From assembly GCA_000165425.1 (NCBI GenBank), contig CT868418.1:62001-126000 (forward strand): 64,000 bases of DNA. The letters run 5' to 3'. The translations under genes were made by a program, and so were the position numbers. Each line of letters starts with the position of its first letter. Positions within the stretch are counted from its first letter, which is position 1. The stretch comes from Paramecium tetraurelia. Its lineage: Eukaryota. The notes beneath the pieces are model-generated. The model was not told where the DNA came from, made no database searches, and saw nothing but the letters and a program-made list of their open reading frames with translations. Below, in pieces: positions 13,318 through 26,112 of this stretch.

Positions 13318-14200
13318 ATGGATTCTTCATTTCAAAAAAGTTACGTTGAATTAAAATGTAGAGATCATTTTATCATATTCTTATCTTGATCCTCAGAGCT
13401 TCGAGAAATCTTTTAAAAATAAGAACATATTAAAAAAACTATGTCAATTAATACTGAAGGATGAAATAGAATCTAAAAATTTTTTAGTAAAATTGGATGT
13501 ATTCACATGAAATCTTTTGTTATTTGAGATTCAAAACCATCTTAATTTTTAAATAATTGCTTTCCTGAGTCTCAAATTATTTTGAAATTCTAAGACGGGC
13601 TTGCTAAAGTGGACTAAAATTTGGATAATTTCAAATAAGAAACCTTTCGAAGAGTAGAAACTATGTTGAATTTTAATTACGAATCTTTGAAAATAAGAAT
13701 TTTAATTATTTATATGATTAATAAAGATCACCTACACATTAACAACTTATATAAGATTGATCAATTCTTCACACTAAGTAAAGTATTAATAAAATTTAGG
13801 CTTCATGAGATGAACAAAACAATAAATCCTCTTCTAAATTTACTTTTCAATATGAAACCACAAAGAAAATTCCAAAATGCTTTAAATCTGAACTCTATCA
13901 TTTTAGCTAATTAGATGCCTAAAAAAGCTAAATATTTTCTAATGAATAGTTGATCCTCTGCTCAATAAAGGTTGGTAATATTCAAATAAGAGGCATAGAC
14001 AAGAAGATTCCCATATTTATATATTATTTTAAATGTGGAAATGATAACCAGAAAAATTATCATTTAAAGATTTTTCCTAAAAGTTTCACAATAATTATTG
14101 TTATACTGTTTGAAGTTGGATGAACAAGTATTAACTCTAAACTAAAACTTATTGTTTATGTAAACAGTTCACTTTTTGGATTATTTATTATATTGATCGT
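13318..14200 (+). pseudogene. Degenerate gene-like region
   Basis: Good ATG context and intron-like GT-AG segments with coding-like stretches, but every splicing path I tried hits TGA or changes frame. Confidence 0.35.
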
Positions 14201-14417
14201 GAACAAGTGTAGCCATGTAGAATGATTCATGAATTCTACCTCATACTATCAAAAAAACTATACATATAGTATGTCTTAACTGAGATAATACCCTTGGTAT
14301 TTTCGGTTTTGCTTACATTCAAATGACTAAATAGGGAAATAGGAAGTAAATTAATTGAATCTGAGTTATTAAATATGCATTATGTATATTATGTTTATTT
14401 TCGTTATTTAAATTTGA

Positions 14418-15646
14418 ATGAAGCAACCACTACAAAGTCGATTAATAATCCAGGATGCAAGAAGAAAAAGTTTAAGTGCTATAGCTTTTCTAGACCCATC
14501 GCCAAAGTAAATCACTATAAGGAAGGCACCTATAGAAGCATTCAAAAATAAGGAAAATATTAATATAAATGAAACATAAAAGAACAAAACTCCTCAAAAT
14601 GCTAATATAGAAGATATTAGAAGATAAATTAACTAACCTATTAAGAGAACAACTCAATAATAAAAAACCAAATAAAAAACCAAATAAACATTGTCTGTGA
14701 AGAATAAATACAAATCAATGATAACCAAGTTAGAATTTTCGCTGAATTTACCCTCAGGTTATTGTACTAAAAGGAATAAGAATATCGGATAAATCCATTA
14801 TTTTTTGATCATCAAACAAGCACAACACCAATTATGAGATCCATCTTATTTGATTGGATTAGTGAAGTTTGCAAAGAATTCACTTTAAAAAGAGAGACCT
14901 TTCCTCTTTGCGTTCACAATTTAGACAGATATATTTCAAAAATTAAAATCTCTAAATAAGAACTATAATTACTAGGTTTAGCAAGTCTATCTATTGCATG
15001 TAAAACAGAAGTAATTTATTAGTCGATCATAGGAAATCTATCCTCCAAAAATTAATGATTTCTCTTAAGCCAGTAATTATAGCTTCACAGAATAACAAAT
15101 CATTGAGAAAGAATAACATATGCTCACTTAACAAAAATGGTTGATAAATCCTCCTACACTTTACCTTTGGATTTATCTCAATTGGACATCTATTATCCTT
15201 AACCAAAACTGTAGATTAAATAACCTACACAAAATTCGTACACATTATTTCGACATTATATAACCTTGCTTGATTGTGCAATCTTAGATATTAAATTATA
15301 TTAATTTTCAAATAGAGAGATTGTTGCATCTCTTCTTTATTTGGTTTTACTGAAATAATTTAGTGGAAGCACTTATTAAAGAATAGTTGAAAATAAACTC
15401 TAAGAAAGAGATCTTTTAGATTTTCAACATATTTATACACCGTTTATTGAATTAGTTTTTGGATTCTAATTAACTTAATTGGCCAAATGCATCAAATACT
15501 TAACCAAACTTTTGACACTTGATATTATTGTTGATTAGCATGGATAATTCAAAGTTAATGCAGAAAGGGAATTCGAAGAAGCTTATGAGAATTTTTTATC
15601 AATTTAAACACACAATCCAGCTAATCTTTAATTCATTAGATAATGA
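14418..15646 (+). pseudogene. Cyclin (A/E-like cyclin box) with an apparent frameshift near 15170
   Basis: MRSILFDWISEVCKEFTLKRETF...LDRY...LQLLGLASLSIACKTE|EIYPPKI. After PPTLYLW the frame shifts (premature TGA 15351), while the cyclin-like C-terminal fold (LLDCAILD...IVASLLY) continues in another frame to TGA 15644-15646. Confidence 0.65.
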
Positions 15647-15678
15647 TTGATTTAATATACTTTAATAGTTGTTTATAA

Positions 15679-16685
15679 TCAAATTAATATATATATACTC
15701 ATCAAACTTAATAAAAATATTCCTATTATCAGATGTAGTACAAATTCCTATTATTATATTGGTTTACTTTATTCAACCAGAGGTTTTTTGATCAAAGAAA
15801 GAAAGGTTTTTACATTGGGTATAGGTTTACAAGGTCTGCTGTCTTATATTTTTTTAATAAGTATTTCTTGTTCTTTAACTTTATATTAAGCTAAACTATA
15901 TTTCTAAAAAATTACATAAACAACCGAAATGGCAAGCTTCCTTTTATTCCTTAAACAGATCTAAAAGTTCTTCATTAAACTTTAATTAATCTAGGCTACT
16001 CTATGCACAAAATTATGCTGTTTCTTTTATCTGTTTTCAGACGCTCCAATTTAAGGTTTTAGTATTTTTTCGTTTATATTGTTATCCTTTTGTGCTGATT
16101 CAAATTTATCTTGCATTCTTGTTGATATTTCCTCTTCTTTTTTAGATTCTGATAAATTTTAAGCTTATTGAGAATGATATCGAAGATGCTCAAATCTTTT
16201 ATTTGTAGATAATAGACTTGGTTATTGAGATCTAGATTTTTTCATTTTTCTTCTTTCTTCTTATATATTCAATAGGGGTTATTGACATCTTTTAATAATG
16301 AGTTTTTGAAGTTTGTTGATTGCTAAGCTCCAATGGTATCTTAGAACCATCAACTTAAATTTGTTCGAGGGTTTTAATTATGTTTAATGTTTAATTAACA
16401 ACAATTCATTTTATCTAATAGTAATCTGGCTTGAGATTTCATTATTACTTTAATTTTATAAATGGATTTAGTAAATTAAGCATTTAAAAAGTGATACTCT
16501 CAAGATTAATGCTACTTTTTTTTATAATAAAAACTAACTATTGTAGAAGTCATTCCTCTCTAAAAATAGATTATACCAACACTTATTTCTAGAAATCAAG
16601 TCCAATATCTAGTTTCAACCTATAAATATCTGTCTTAATTAAATAAATTCTAAACATTTGAATTTCTGTGTATTAAGGTACTCAT
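15679..16685 (-). CDS. Hypothetical protein with a C-terminal hydrophobic helix (tail-anchor-like)
   Basis: Basic/coiled-coil body ending FVLHLIIGIFLLSLMSIYILI*; start uncertain (16685 or 16720). Confidence 0.55.
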
Positions 16686-17437
16686 ATATATGTATATATA
16701 ATTGTTTTCTATATTGCCATCGAATATTTTAATTCAGATAATAATGAATGTCTATTTTTTATAGATAATTGATTATTTCTACAATATATATTTTCTAACA
16801 TATCCTTATTACTTTTGAAAAGCTGATCTATTGATTTACCCTTTTTGACCTACTAAAATACTACTTTAGAAAGATATACCAGACAGATCGAATAAAAATA
16901 GATATTTTCCTCCTCTGAGGGTGTGGCTATTGACAATATAAATTATGTATCTTTATTCAGGATAGAATAGAAATCAAAAAAGAAGATTAATCCTATATGT
17001 CTAACTTTAATATTTATAAAAAGGAGAATTAAAATATTTATAAAAATACTATAAATAATTTTCCTGTCCATTCATAGATCGAATAGAATCTTAATAAATT
17101 TCTAATTATTTTTGATATAAATTGGTGATTGGCTAAAGTAATTTACTGGATTAAAGTAATTTCTGACAAACTTCTTAGGCTTAACTCTATTCAAAATTTG
17201 TCATATTGTTCCTTAGAATTTTGGTATTCTTTCGATCGATGATAAGATATAATAGTTAAATATTTATATGGGAAATGAAATTTATCAATAAATTCTTTTT
17301 ATTTAGGTTTTCAAGGAGTGAAACTTAATTAAATATCAAATTTTAATTAATATACAGATTAATTTGAATATATATGTAATTAATTTATTGTGATTATTAT
17401 AACATTTTATTATTATTATTATTTTATTAATATTATA

Positions 17438-18881
17438 ATGGGGGTATGCACATCAAAAAAAAAAGTGGATGAGAACATTTAAATAGTACCCTATAAGTAA
17501 AACAAATGAATGATTGATTTTGATAGAGTTTGTATAACTGCGTTCATTTGGAATAAAGAAAGTCATAATTTATTTGATTTTGAGAGTAATTAGGCTGCTA
17601 AAAAGGAAATAGAATTAGATTTTTCAGGTAGTTATGAGTCAAATAATTAGCAACACTTTCAATGGTTGACAACTAAATTATCGCATTAACAGATAATGTA
17701 TAAAATTCTCACAATTATAAAACAGGAATATGTAAATAAATAGATCCAATTACTCAGAGTTGATTGCGAATAAGAATATATGATGTTGTCTGGAATGAAT
17801 CAAAAATCAGATCAAAGAGTATGGGCTATTTTATGCAATAGGCCAGATTTTGAATCATTAAATGTACATTTATAAACTATAAAGGAATGGGAACTTTAAA
17901 AAGGAGATATGATCAAATTAGGAAGAATGAAATTGTAGCTTCTAGAAATAAATTATGTCATTGATGCACTCCAATAATAAAAAGAATAAGCAGAAAATGA
18001 TGATGAATTATAATCTAAGGATTTAGAACTTGAAGCTAGTTAATGTAGAATTTGTTTCTCTAAAAGTGGTTCTCCGTCTAACCCGCTTTTTAGTCCTTGC
18101 AAATGTAACCTTCATCATTATTTCGATTAGGTATTGGCTCTATGAAATATGTCCATCTTAATTGTCTATAAATTTGGATTCAGTAATCAATCAAAATTAA
18201 AAACCAATAATCATCCATTCAATATATATGGAAGAAAATGGAATGTGAAATCTGTAAAATGCAACTTTAAAGTACTTACACTTATTAAGGCTAAATATTT
18301 TGTATCATGCAAATACAAAAACCAGTCGTCCCTTATATGATATGGAAAATAACCTCTGATGATAAATCCAAAGAAGGAATCATTCAAGTTATGGAATTGC
18401 TCGATAAATCTGAAATTAAAATTGGGAGAGTCCCCGATTGTGACATTAAATTAAAGGACATTTCTGTCTCAAGAAGCCATGCTATTATTAAAGTGATTAA
18501 GTCAGAAGACAATCGATATAAATTAGTTTTGTAAGATAACAACTCTAAATTCGGAACTCTGTTATATGCATAATCAGATAAATTGCTAAAATATGAATTA
18601 TAATCTCCATAAAAAGTTCTCTATTAAATAGGTCGAGTTCTCCTTTACGTTCAACTAAAAGAAAAAGGCAAATTTTATAACAAACAGTACTCCAAATCAT
18701 CTATTTTAGATTTACCTGTTACAGACACCCAAATCAAATTCAAGTCTTCCCCAAAAAAAGCATTAATGAATAAGCTACTATTGTTCCAAATCTTGAAAAA
18801 GACAAAGACAATCAACTATCATTCTAAACAAATAATGAATTAAATCAGGATGACATAGTTATTAATGTTAAATAAATATGA
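17438..18881 (+). CDS. FHA - RING-CH (RINGv/MARCH-type) - FHA protein, putative myristoylated E3 ligase
   Basis: MGVCTSKKK start; LQKGDMIKLGR (FHA end); CRICF...PCKC|IGSMKYVHLNCLQIW...CEICK (C4HC3); IGRVPDCDIKLKDISVSRSHA...DNNSKFGT (FHA). Confidence 0.88.
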
Positions 18882-19279
18882 TCATCTGTTGACTATTATA
18901 TTATTGTATAATTTACATTATATGCTATTGATCTTTTTAAAAATTAAAAACAATGCATTTATATCCAAAAAGTAATTCGATCTTAATAAAAAATAGAAGA
19001 GCAAACTTTTTGAGTTAAACTGAAATCCTTAAAATCTTAAAAATTGGGAGATTTAGTGTAATTTATAAAATAATAAACTCTAAGTATTCCTAATTTATAG
19101 TATACATAGTTTGGTTTGTAAAGATGCTAACCAAAATAAGAGAATAATCTTATAAATAAATTAATTCTTAATCTCTGAGTTTGCTTGATCGACGATAATC
19201 TAAATAAATTTAACTATATATATATATGTTAGGATAGTGAGAATAGTTGTAAATAGTTATATAATGTAAAAAACTATTA

Positions 19280-21151
19280 TCAAATTCTTTTATGCATTTT
19301 TACTAAAGAATGAATATCATCTAAGACTCTTAATTTATTTTGTGTTGTAACTTGATCTTATTTAATTTAAAAATCTTATTTTTATTTAACCGATCTTTCA
19401 TTTTCATATATCTTAACTTTTTCTTCTATCTAGAAAAATAATGAGTATTCTTACTTATTTTACTGTGTATTGACTTTATTCTATTTATTGTTTATATTTA
19501 GAAGATTTTTGTGTTAATTTAATTATTTCCTCATCTTAATGCTTTATTTTTTACTTATATTCATTTTCCCTTGTTTTAAATTATATGATTTCTTCTTTAG
19601 AGGAAGACAATGATTTTACTAGATGATCAATCTTAATTTCAATTTCATCCATAGTTAAATCATTTTCATGCTATCTTAATTGTAACATATTCTCTAGATC
19701 TCTACATTATTATTAAAACATTCTTAACTATTCTTATAAACTTAGAACTTAATGTTTAAACTAAAAATCTTAAAATATATTACTTATTCAATAGTTCGAA
19801 AATCTTATCTTGTCATAAGTTCAAGCTCTTCAGCTTTTAACTTTTTTTATTGTAAAACAGATTTTTGATCAGAGAGCTCTTACGTTAAATCTTAGATTTT
19901 ATTTTCTGCACTCACTAATTTAACTTATAAATTTTCAATTAAAGTGTTCATTTCACTATTAATATCTTGTATTTGTTTTAAATCTTTCTAATACACAATA
20001 CTATTTTTCTCTTCATTTTCTAATAATCTTTAAAAGTCTTAGATTCTTGTATGTAAATTGTCTATTAAAGCCTTTTATTCAATAATTTTTTATTTTTTTT
20101 TTTCTAAAAGATTGCTTTGCTGAGATAATCTTTTTTCAATCTCTACTTCTTAATTTTATAATAAGCGTTATTAATTTTTTTCAGCTTTTGCAAGTTAAAC
20201 TTAAGTGACTTCTTATTTTTCATTAGCTTGATCTAATTAAGATTTTAAATAATTTAGCTGTTGATTCAAACCCTCAATTTATTGTTATTGGTCATAATCT
20301 CTATATCGTACATCTTAAAACAACTATTCAAAATATCTAATCTGCTCATTTTATGGGCTAAATCATTTTTAGATTGCTCTAATTCTACTTCCAATCCTCT
20401 ATTTTATTATTCTTAATTCTTTCTAAATAATGTTAATATTTTTAGATTACATTTCATTTGAAAATTCTTCACATAACTATTATACTCTTTCAAGTTCTTT
20501 ACCGAAACTTTATCCTTACTATTCAAATACTGTTTCTCCTTATTTCAATTAATCTCTCAATGAGGCTAATTTTTATTTTTTAACTTGCAATTTTTATCGA
20601 AGAACATGATTTTGCTATTACAATTCTTCTAGATATTTTTCTTGACTGTCCACTTTAACTTTAACCTCTTTAGTGATGTAGTCGCCCCTATTTAATTGAT
20701 CTTGAAATAATCTATTTTCAGATTCTAAAGCTTTAATTTATTTTTCTTTAATCTATAACTTATTTTCTAATTCTTTGTTGATATTCATATAGTCCTTTAA
20801 GGTAATCTAATTAATTTGAAATTGAAGATACTTTTAATTCCTGGTTTAATATTCTAATCCTTTCATATTTTTCCTTTTCTTGTAGCTCCTTTGCATTCAA
20901 TGTATCTCGCAATCTGCTAATCTACTCTAAAGAACCGCTTTATCTACGTCTTTCTTTCGAAGAATCCTCACTAAATGAAGAAAAAAAGTTTACTCATCAT
21001 CTTTAATCCTACTTGGTCTAGATCTTCCAGTATAATAGGTTGCAGGCTACTGAGGAGTTGGTTCATATTGCATAATTTAATCAATCTATTATGTCGTTTT
21101 TTTGTATCGATCTATAAGTTTGTTCACGTTTCTCTCTAATCGGTTATCCAT
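19280..21151 (-). CDS. Long coiled-coil protein
   Basis: MDNRLERNVNKLIDRYKK start; E/Q/K-rich heptads; several micro-introns; ends ...LVKMHKRI*. Confidence 0.7.
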
Positions 21152-21160
21152 TATTTAAAT

Positions 21161-23123
21161 TCAAAATTATTATAAATCAGGTTAACTTTATTTTCTTATT
21201 TCTTACGAATCAATCATTTTCAAATCTGGATCATCATTTTGGACATCTTAGAAAGGGTTTTACTCTTCTTCCCCTTTCAATTGTTCTCCACCATTGGGTA
21301 ATTCTTAATGTTCATTTTTGATATGTTCTTGATTTTTCTATTTATTTTTGGATTCCCGTTTGATTGAAAACTTTTTTTTATCATCTTCGTCTTCATCCTC
21401 GTTTAAATTAACTAATTCTGATTCTTATCTGTTGTGAATACTAATAATTTGACTTTAAGATTATCTAACATTTTTTGGTAATTCATTGTTGAAATCATTA
21501 ATTTAGGGTTATTCATCCTCATCTTCTTCTTCATTCCCATTGATATCAAAAGGAGAATGAATTTATTAGAGAAGAATCCTTCGTTGCTTATTTTGTTTAG
21601 TTATGAGAGCATAGAAATGATCAATTTCTAACTTACTTAATGTAATTTCAACTTATTACAAGACTTCTAAATAAATCTAATTATTGCAATAATTTACATC
21701 AATATTAATATACCCATTTGTATATGTATCTGGATATTTCTTTATTAGAATATCTGAAATTTCATTTTTCTTCTTCATAATTTACTAATTGATACTATTT
21801 AATTGTTGTGTAGTCAATATTTAATAATTTTCCAGGAGAGTTTTAAATATACATCTAACATATGCACTAGTAGTGGTTTCAGTTTCATTGTCAACATCAG
21901 CTAAATAAATGGCTGCCATTTCAATTTATTCAATTGTTTAGAGACCGAAGATTCTATTTGACAAATTTTTCTTAAGTTGATGTTAAGTTAAATTTTCATG
22001 AGTTAAGAGATATTATTCTACTTATTATAAGGAGATCTTTAATCCAATAAGATTCAATTTGACTTACCGAGCAATAGCCAAAATCTCATTTTTCTCAACA
22101 TTGATAATCTTCTTCTTTTACAATTCTTTTTCCTCTTGTTACTAAACTTGTTCTTCAGGTGTTAGGGTCCATTACTCTTTATTAGGATTGTTCTTTTAGA
22201 TTAGTACTTTTGAATTTTCTCTTAATCATATTCTCTTTATAATATTTCATATGATCTCTTTTAATCAGATAATTTCTTCTAGGTTATCTATTTATTCTTG
22301 ATTTTCAGCTTGCATTTTCTGCATCATATTTTCCAAGTATTTGTTCTTCTACCTCTCATTTCTTAAATCTACAAGTGCTTGATCAAAATCTAACTATAAC
22401 TATTCTTCAACCTTTTTGTTGTCCTTCTATTGCGGTCTTTCAAGAAATAATGTATCTTTTTTCTTTAATTCCGCTATCTCCAAAAGTAATTAAGCGTTGA
22501 GGTTCTTCAAATATTTATACTTATTTAATATTGAATTGTATCTTACCTTCATCTTATTATATTAACTCTAAATTTAATTAAATTTAATACTTAAGCTTGG
22601 TTTACTGATTATTCTTGCTATTAGATCATTTGAGCCAGTTTCATATTATCTTCACTCAATGACATGCACAAGTTTTCAACATTGTTTTTATTTAAAGGAT
22701 TTTATAGTTATTCAATATATTATTGCTATTCTGCTAACTTTTATTGTAATTTGATATTTTCATCCTAAAATTGAGACCATAAAGTACCTCTAGTCTAGTG
22801 ATTTTTTCTAAGAAGCCCATTTTTAATCGTGAATTACTTTTGGTGGGCGTTCCCTCATCTTTTGAGATTGATTGCACTTCTCTTTTAAAATATTAAATTT
22901 ATGATTGGAACTATCTCAATACTAACTTTAATTGATTGTTCTCCTATTTCAATCTCTGGATTTCCTCATCTAAGCTTTCCTCATCATGGATAATATATTT
23001 TGCTCTCAATTTATTTGCCTCCACATTATCTAGGGTTCTGTTCCTGGAATATAGGTTTTATCTGTGTAATTTCTTCTGTGAATGCACTTATAATGATTTT
23101 TATGTCTGAGAAATCGATAGCAT
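21161..23123 (-). CDS. Coiled-coil protein with an acidic C-terminal region
   Basis: MLSISQTQKSLQ start; DEESLDEEIQRLKQENNQLK heptads; D/E-rich tail; ends ...QPDLQQF* at 21161-21163. Confidence 0.7.
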
Positions 23124-23145
23124 CTTTTTTATAATTAATAATAAA

Positions 23146-23781
23146 ATGCAATCATTAATCTAAGTTTTTCAGCAGAAAATATCCTTGTCTGCTTCATTTG
23201 TTAAATAATCTACTCCATAAATATTATTTGGCATAAGTCTACTTTCTTGTTTATACCTTTTAAATAAATAATAAAAAGAGGAAAGCCAAGTTGAACCTGA
23301 AAAGACTGAAAAAAAATTAAAAAAAAAAGCATCCAGCCAAAAAAATCTGGATGAGAATAAGCCACAATATGTTGATGTGATACAAGATCTGGTATGAATA
23401 GTTTAATTTAAAAGAAAAAAAGCTAAAAGAAATTAAACAAAAAAATTAATAAGCAATTCGATGATTCAATTGACAACACAGAAGAAAACATACCAAGATC
23501 ACCTGATTATAGTGTGGTTTCTGAAATAGATTAGAAATACTTTTTAGAGCTAATTCAAAATTAAAAAAAAACTAAAAGAGCATACCAAACTGATTGCGAA
23601 TCAACACCTGTAGTATCATTAAGAGGGTAATTTTCATGAAAGACTTTTTAGATTCAGGAGAAATTAGCAATTAATAGGAGAAGAAGAGAAAAAAGGGGAA
23701 GATAGATTGTTTTATATTCTGAAATAACGTGTCATCGAATAAGAGGAGAAGGAAAATGAAATTGATGAAGACGATTATTGA
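23146..23781 (+). CDS. Hypothetical protein with an N-terminal hydrophobic anchor and acidic tail
   Basis: ATG in taataataaaATG context; MQSLIQVFQQ...ILFGISLLSCLYLL; two micro-introns splice cleanly to ...EIDEDDY*. Confidence 0.7.
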
Positions 23782-23827
23782 AATAATTAGTCAACAGTAT
23801 GATTAAAATCAAACAAACAAAATATCA

Positions 23828-24715
23828 TCACCTTCTCAGGGAATTTTCCACCCGATTGCATGTCTCGTTTAATAATCTGATCATTGTTCTTTCAGTTTCA
23901 TCTCTTTATATTTGTTCTTCAGCCAATTACAAGTTTAAATTATTGCTTATCTCTTAAATCATAGCCTTCATTTTGTTCTGAGATTCTTATCTCTAATGCT
24001 TTTCTTAATTCAATGTTTCCTACACTGAAAATAGTTATTCTCTTCTACCTACAAACCCTTGATATAGAATTTCTCTATTAATTATAATTTTATCATACCT
24101 CTCTTCTCATTCCTTACATCCACACTCAAATTTTGAATTCTATTCTCAATCTCATTTCTGTAATGCGATTCAGTCTCTTTTCTATACTATTGTTATTTAG
24201 ACTACTCTAATCTCATTTTATAAGATTTTTCATCCATTAATTTTGTTAATCTTTTCTCAAATAACTTACGACGAACTTTATCCTTTAAATAGTCTATTAT
24301 ACACTACTTTCTTGTTCTTTTAGAGTATTTTAACGAAAGTTTTTAGAATTAGTCTATTAATAAATTTTATTTTATTTTTCATTCTTGATTATTTAATCAT
24401 TTCTTAACGTTTCTTCTATTTTATTCAATTAATCTTATAATGATTGTAACCTACTAAGATCATTATTATGAGCAATCTGAACCTTTTAATTTATCGAATT
24501 CAATTTTGCTTCATATGTTGCTTTTTTAGTGTTCTATCCTCATCTATTGATAATTAAGAGAGTTTTTCGTTCAATTGAATTACTCGAGAATTATTTGGAG
24601 ATACTACTTGTGTATTTTTATAGTATATTGAAGTTCCATAAACAAAGGACACAATCATAGAAGAATTTCTGAGTTTTTATCTATTTGGGGAAAAATATAT
24701 TGAGCTATTTAACAT
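23828..24715 (-). CDS. SF-assemblin/striated (kinetodesmal) fibre family protein
   Basis: Short Ser/Pro head followed by a coiled coil ending EEQIQRDETERTMIRLLNETCNRVENSLRR*, resembling ciliate SF-assemblin C-termini. Confidence 0.62.
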
Positions 24716-24741
24716 ATAATTAATAAAATATAATAAATAAA

Positions 24742-25889
24742 ATGAATAGAACTCCTCATATGGATTAATTGATCTCCAAAATCTATAGATAACGTAAAAA
24801 TGTAAGTCTAATATGTTAACAAAAAGTAAACTCCAAATGATTATTCTAGAGAGATGTACTCTCATCCAAATAGCCATTAAACATCTAACAAAGACCTTTT
24901 GAATTTGACTAGCAAATAAAAATTAAATAAATCGTGTAACTACAATTCGAATTTACATCAACGACTCCAATCCAAAGCAGGAGGAGATATAAAATAAAAA
25001 TTATTAGATGAAAGTAAATGTATGTAATTACTTTCACAGTTTTAAGAGGATCACATTCTAACATTTCAACTAGTTATTTAATCAGTACACTAAAAGAAAA
25101 AGTTAGTGAAAAGATCAATTAAAAAGTTTAAAAATACAACACTTGCTAAGAAGCCTCATCATTCACCGTGCCTGAAAAAGAACTCTCCCCAAAACCTATG
25201 TTTAAAATTCTTGAAAACTTTCTCTTTGCTGAATGTTAAAACCTCAAAAACCAAGTTTCACTTAACTCATTTCAAGAACTACTTGATAAAATGGAAATAA
25301 AAGAGCAATCTTTAAAAATCTCAATTTTTGCAGATTTAAAAAAGCTTTTCATTATCTTAGCTTAATCTATTCGAAATGATGTTCAAACGTACAAGAAAGA
25401 AATCGAATCTCTTCTTCGATAAAATAATTCGTTGAAATCCCAAATCCAAGAAATGAATTCTCAGTTGGATAAATTCAAATCTGTTATTGAAGATTAACAG
25501 AAATAAATCAAAATTAAAAGCGAAGAAAACTTTATTTCAATCATGAATACATTAAGATCTCATGGAGTTGACCCTCGAAAAATGTTGAAAAAATGTTAAG
25601 ATAATGTCGAAACCTGTAAACTCAAATAAGAACAATCTGAATTCATAGATGAATCCTAAAAATATAGCTCAGATGATTCTATTCCATTTGGTAATTATTG
25701 CTTATTACTTTAGTCGATCCGCAAACAATAATAAAAAATGAAAAAAAAGTAATTGGACTAGCTCTAAATTTAAATCCCTTAAAAGATCCAAAAAAAGCCC
25801 CTATTGGATATTAAGATGAATTTATGGCTAATATTAATGAATTCAGCGAAAGTTGGAGATAATAAGCATTAGCTGAAAAAAGATTTTGA
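24742..25889 (+). CDS. Hypothetical coiled-coil protein with a conserved-looking C-terminal motif
   Basis: Spliced code-6 ORF ending GYQDEFMANINEFSESWRQQALAEKRF*. Confidence 0.65.
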
Positions 25890-26112
25890 CTTTTTATTTT
25901 ATTTTTTTATATTGATTAAGTAAGATATAGATTAGACATACCTTGAAGAGATTGTTAAATGATTGATTATCTAATATTGTTACTAATTATGACAATTGTT
26001 TTCAAAAAATTGAATTTCATCATAGAATACACATATATTATTATTACGTCAACCCCAATCCACATGAATATTCAATATAAATAAAATCAAATTACTCAAA
26101 AAAAGACAGAAA

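Noticed and set aside
13318..13953. Possibility that TGA encodes Trp or Sec in this frame
   Set aside because: About four TGAs in ~210 codons is what chance gives at this AT content, and conserved genes here use TGG for Trp and TGA as stop.
23195..23234. Alternative upstream starts for the minus-strand coiled-coil gene, and an apparently start-less plus-strand gene
   Set aside because: Resolved by ATG 23123 (minus) and ATG 23146 (plus), which give natural frames without overlap.
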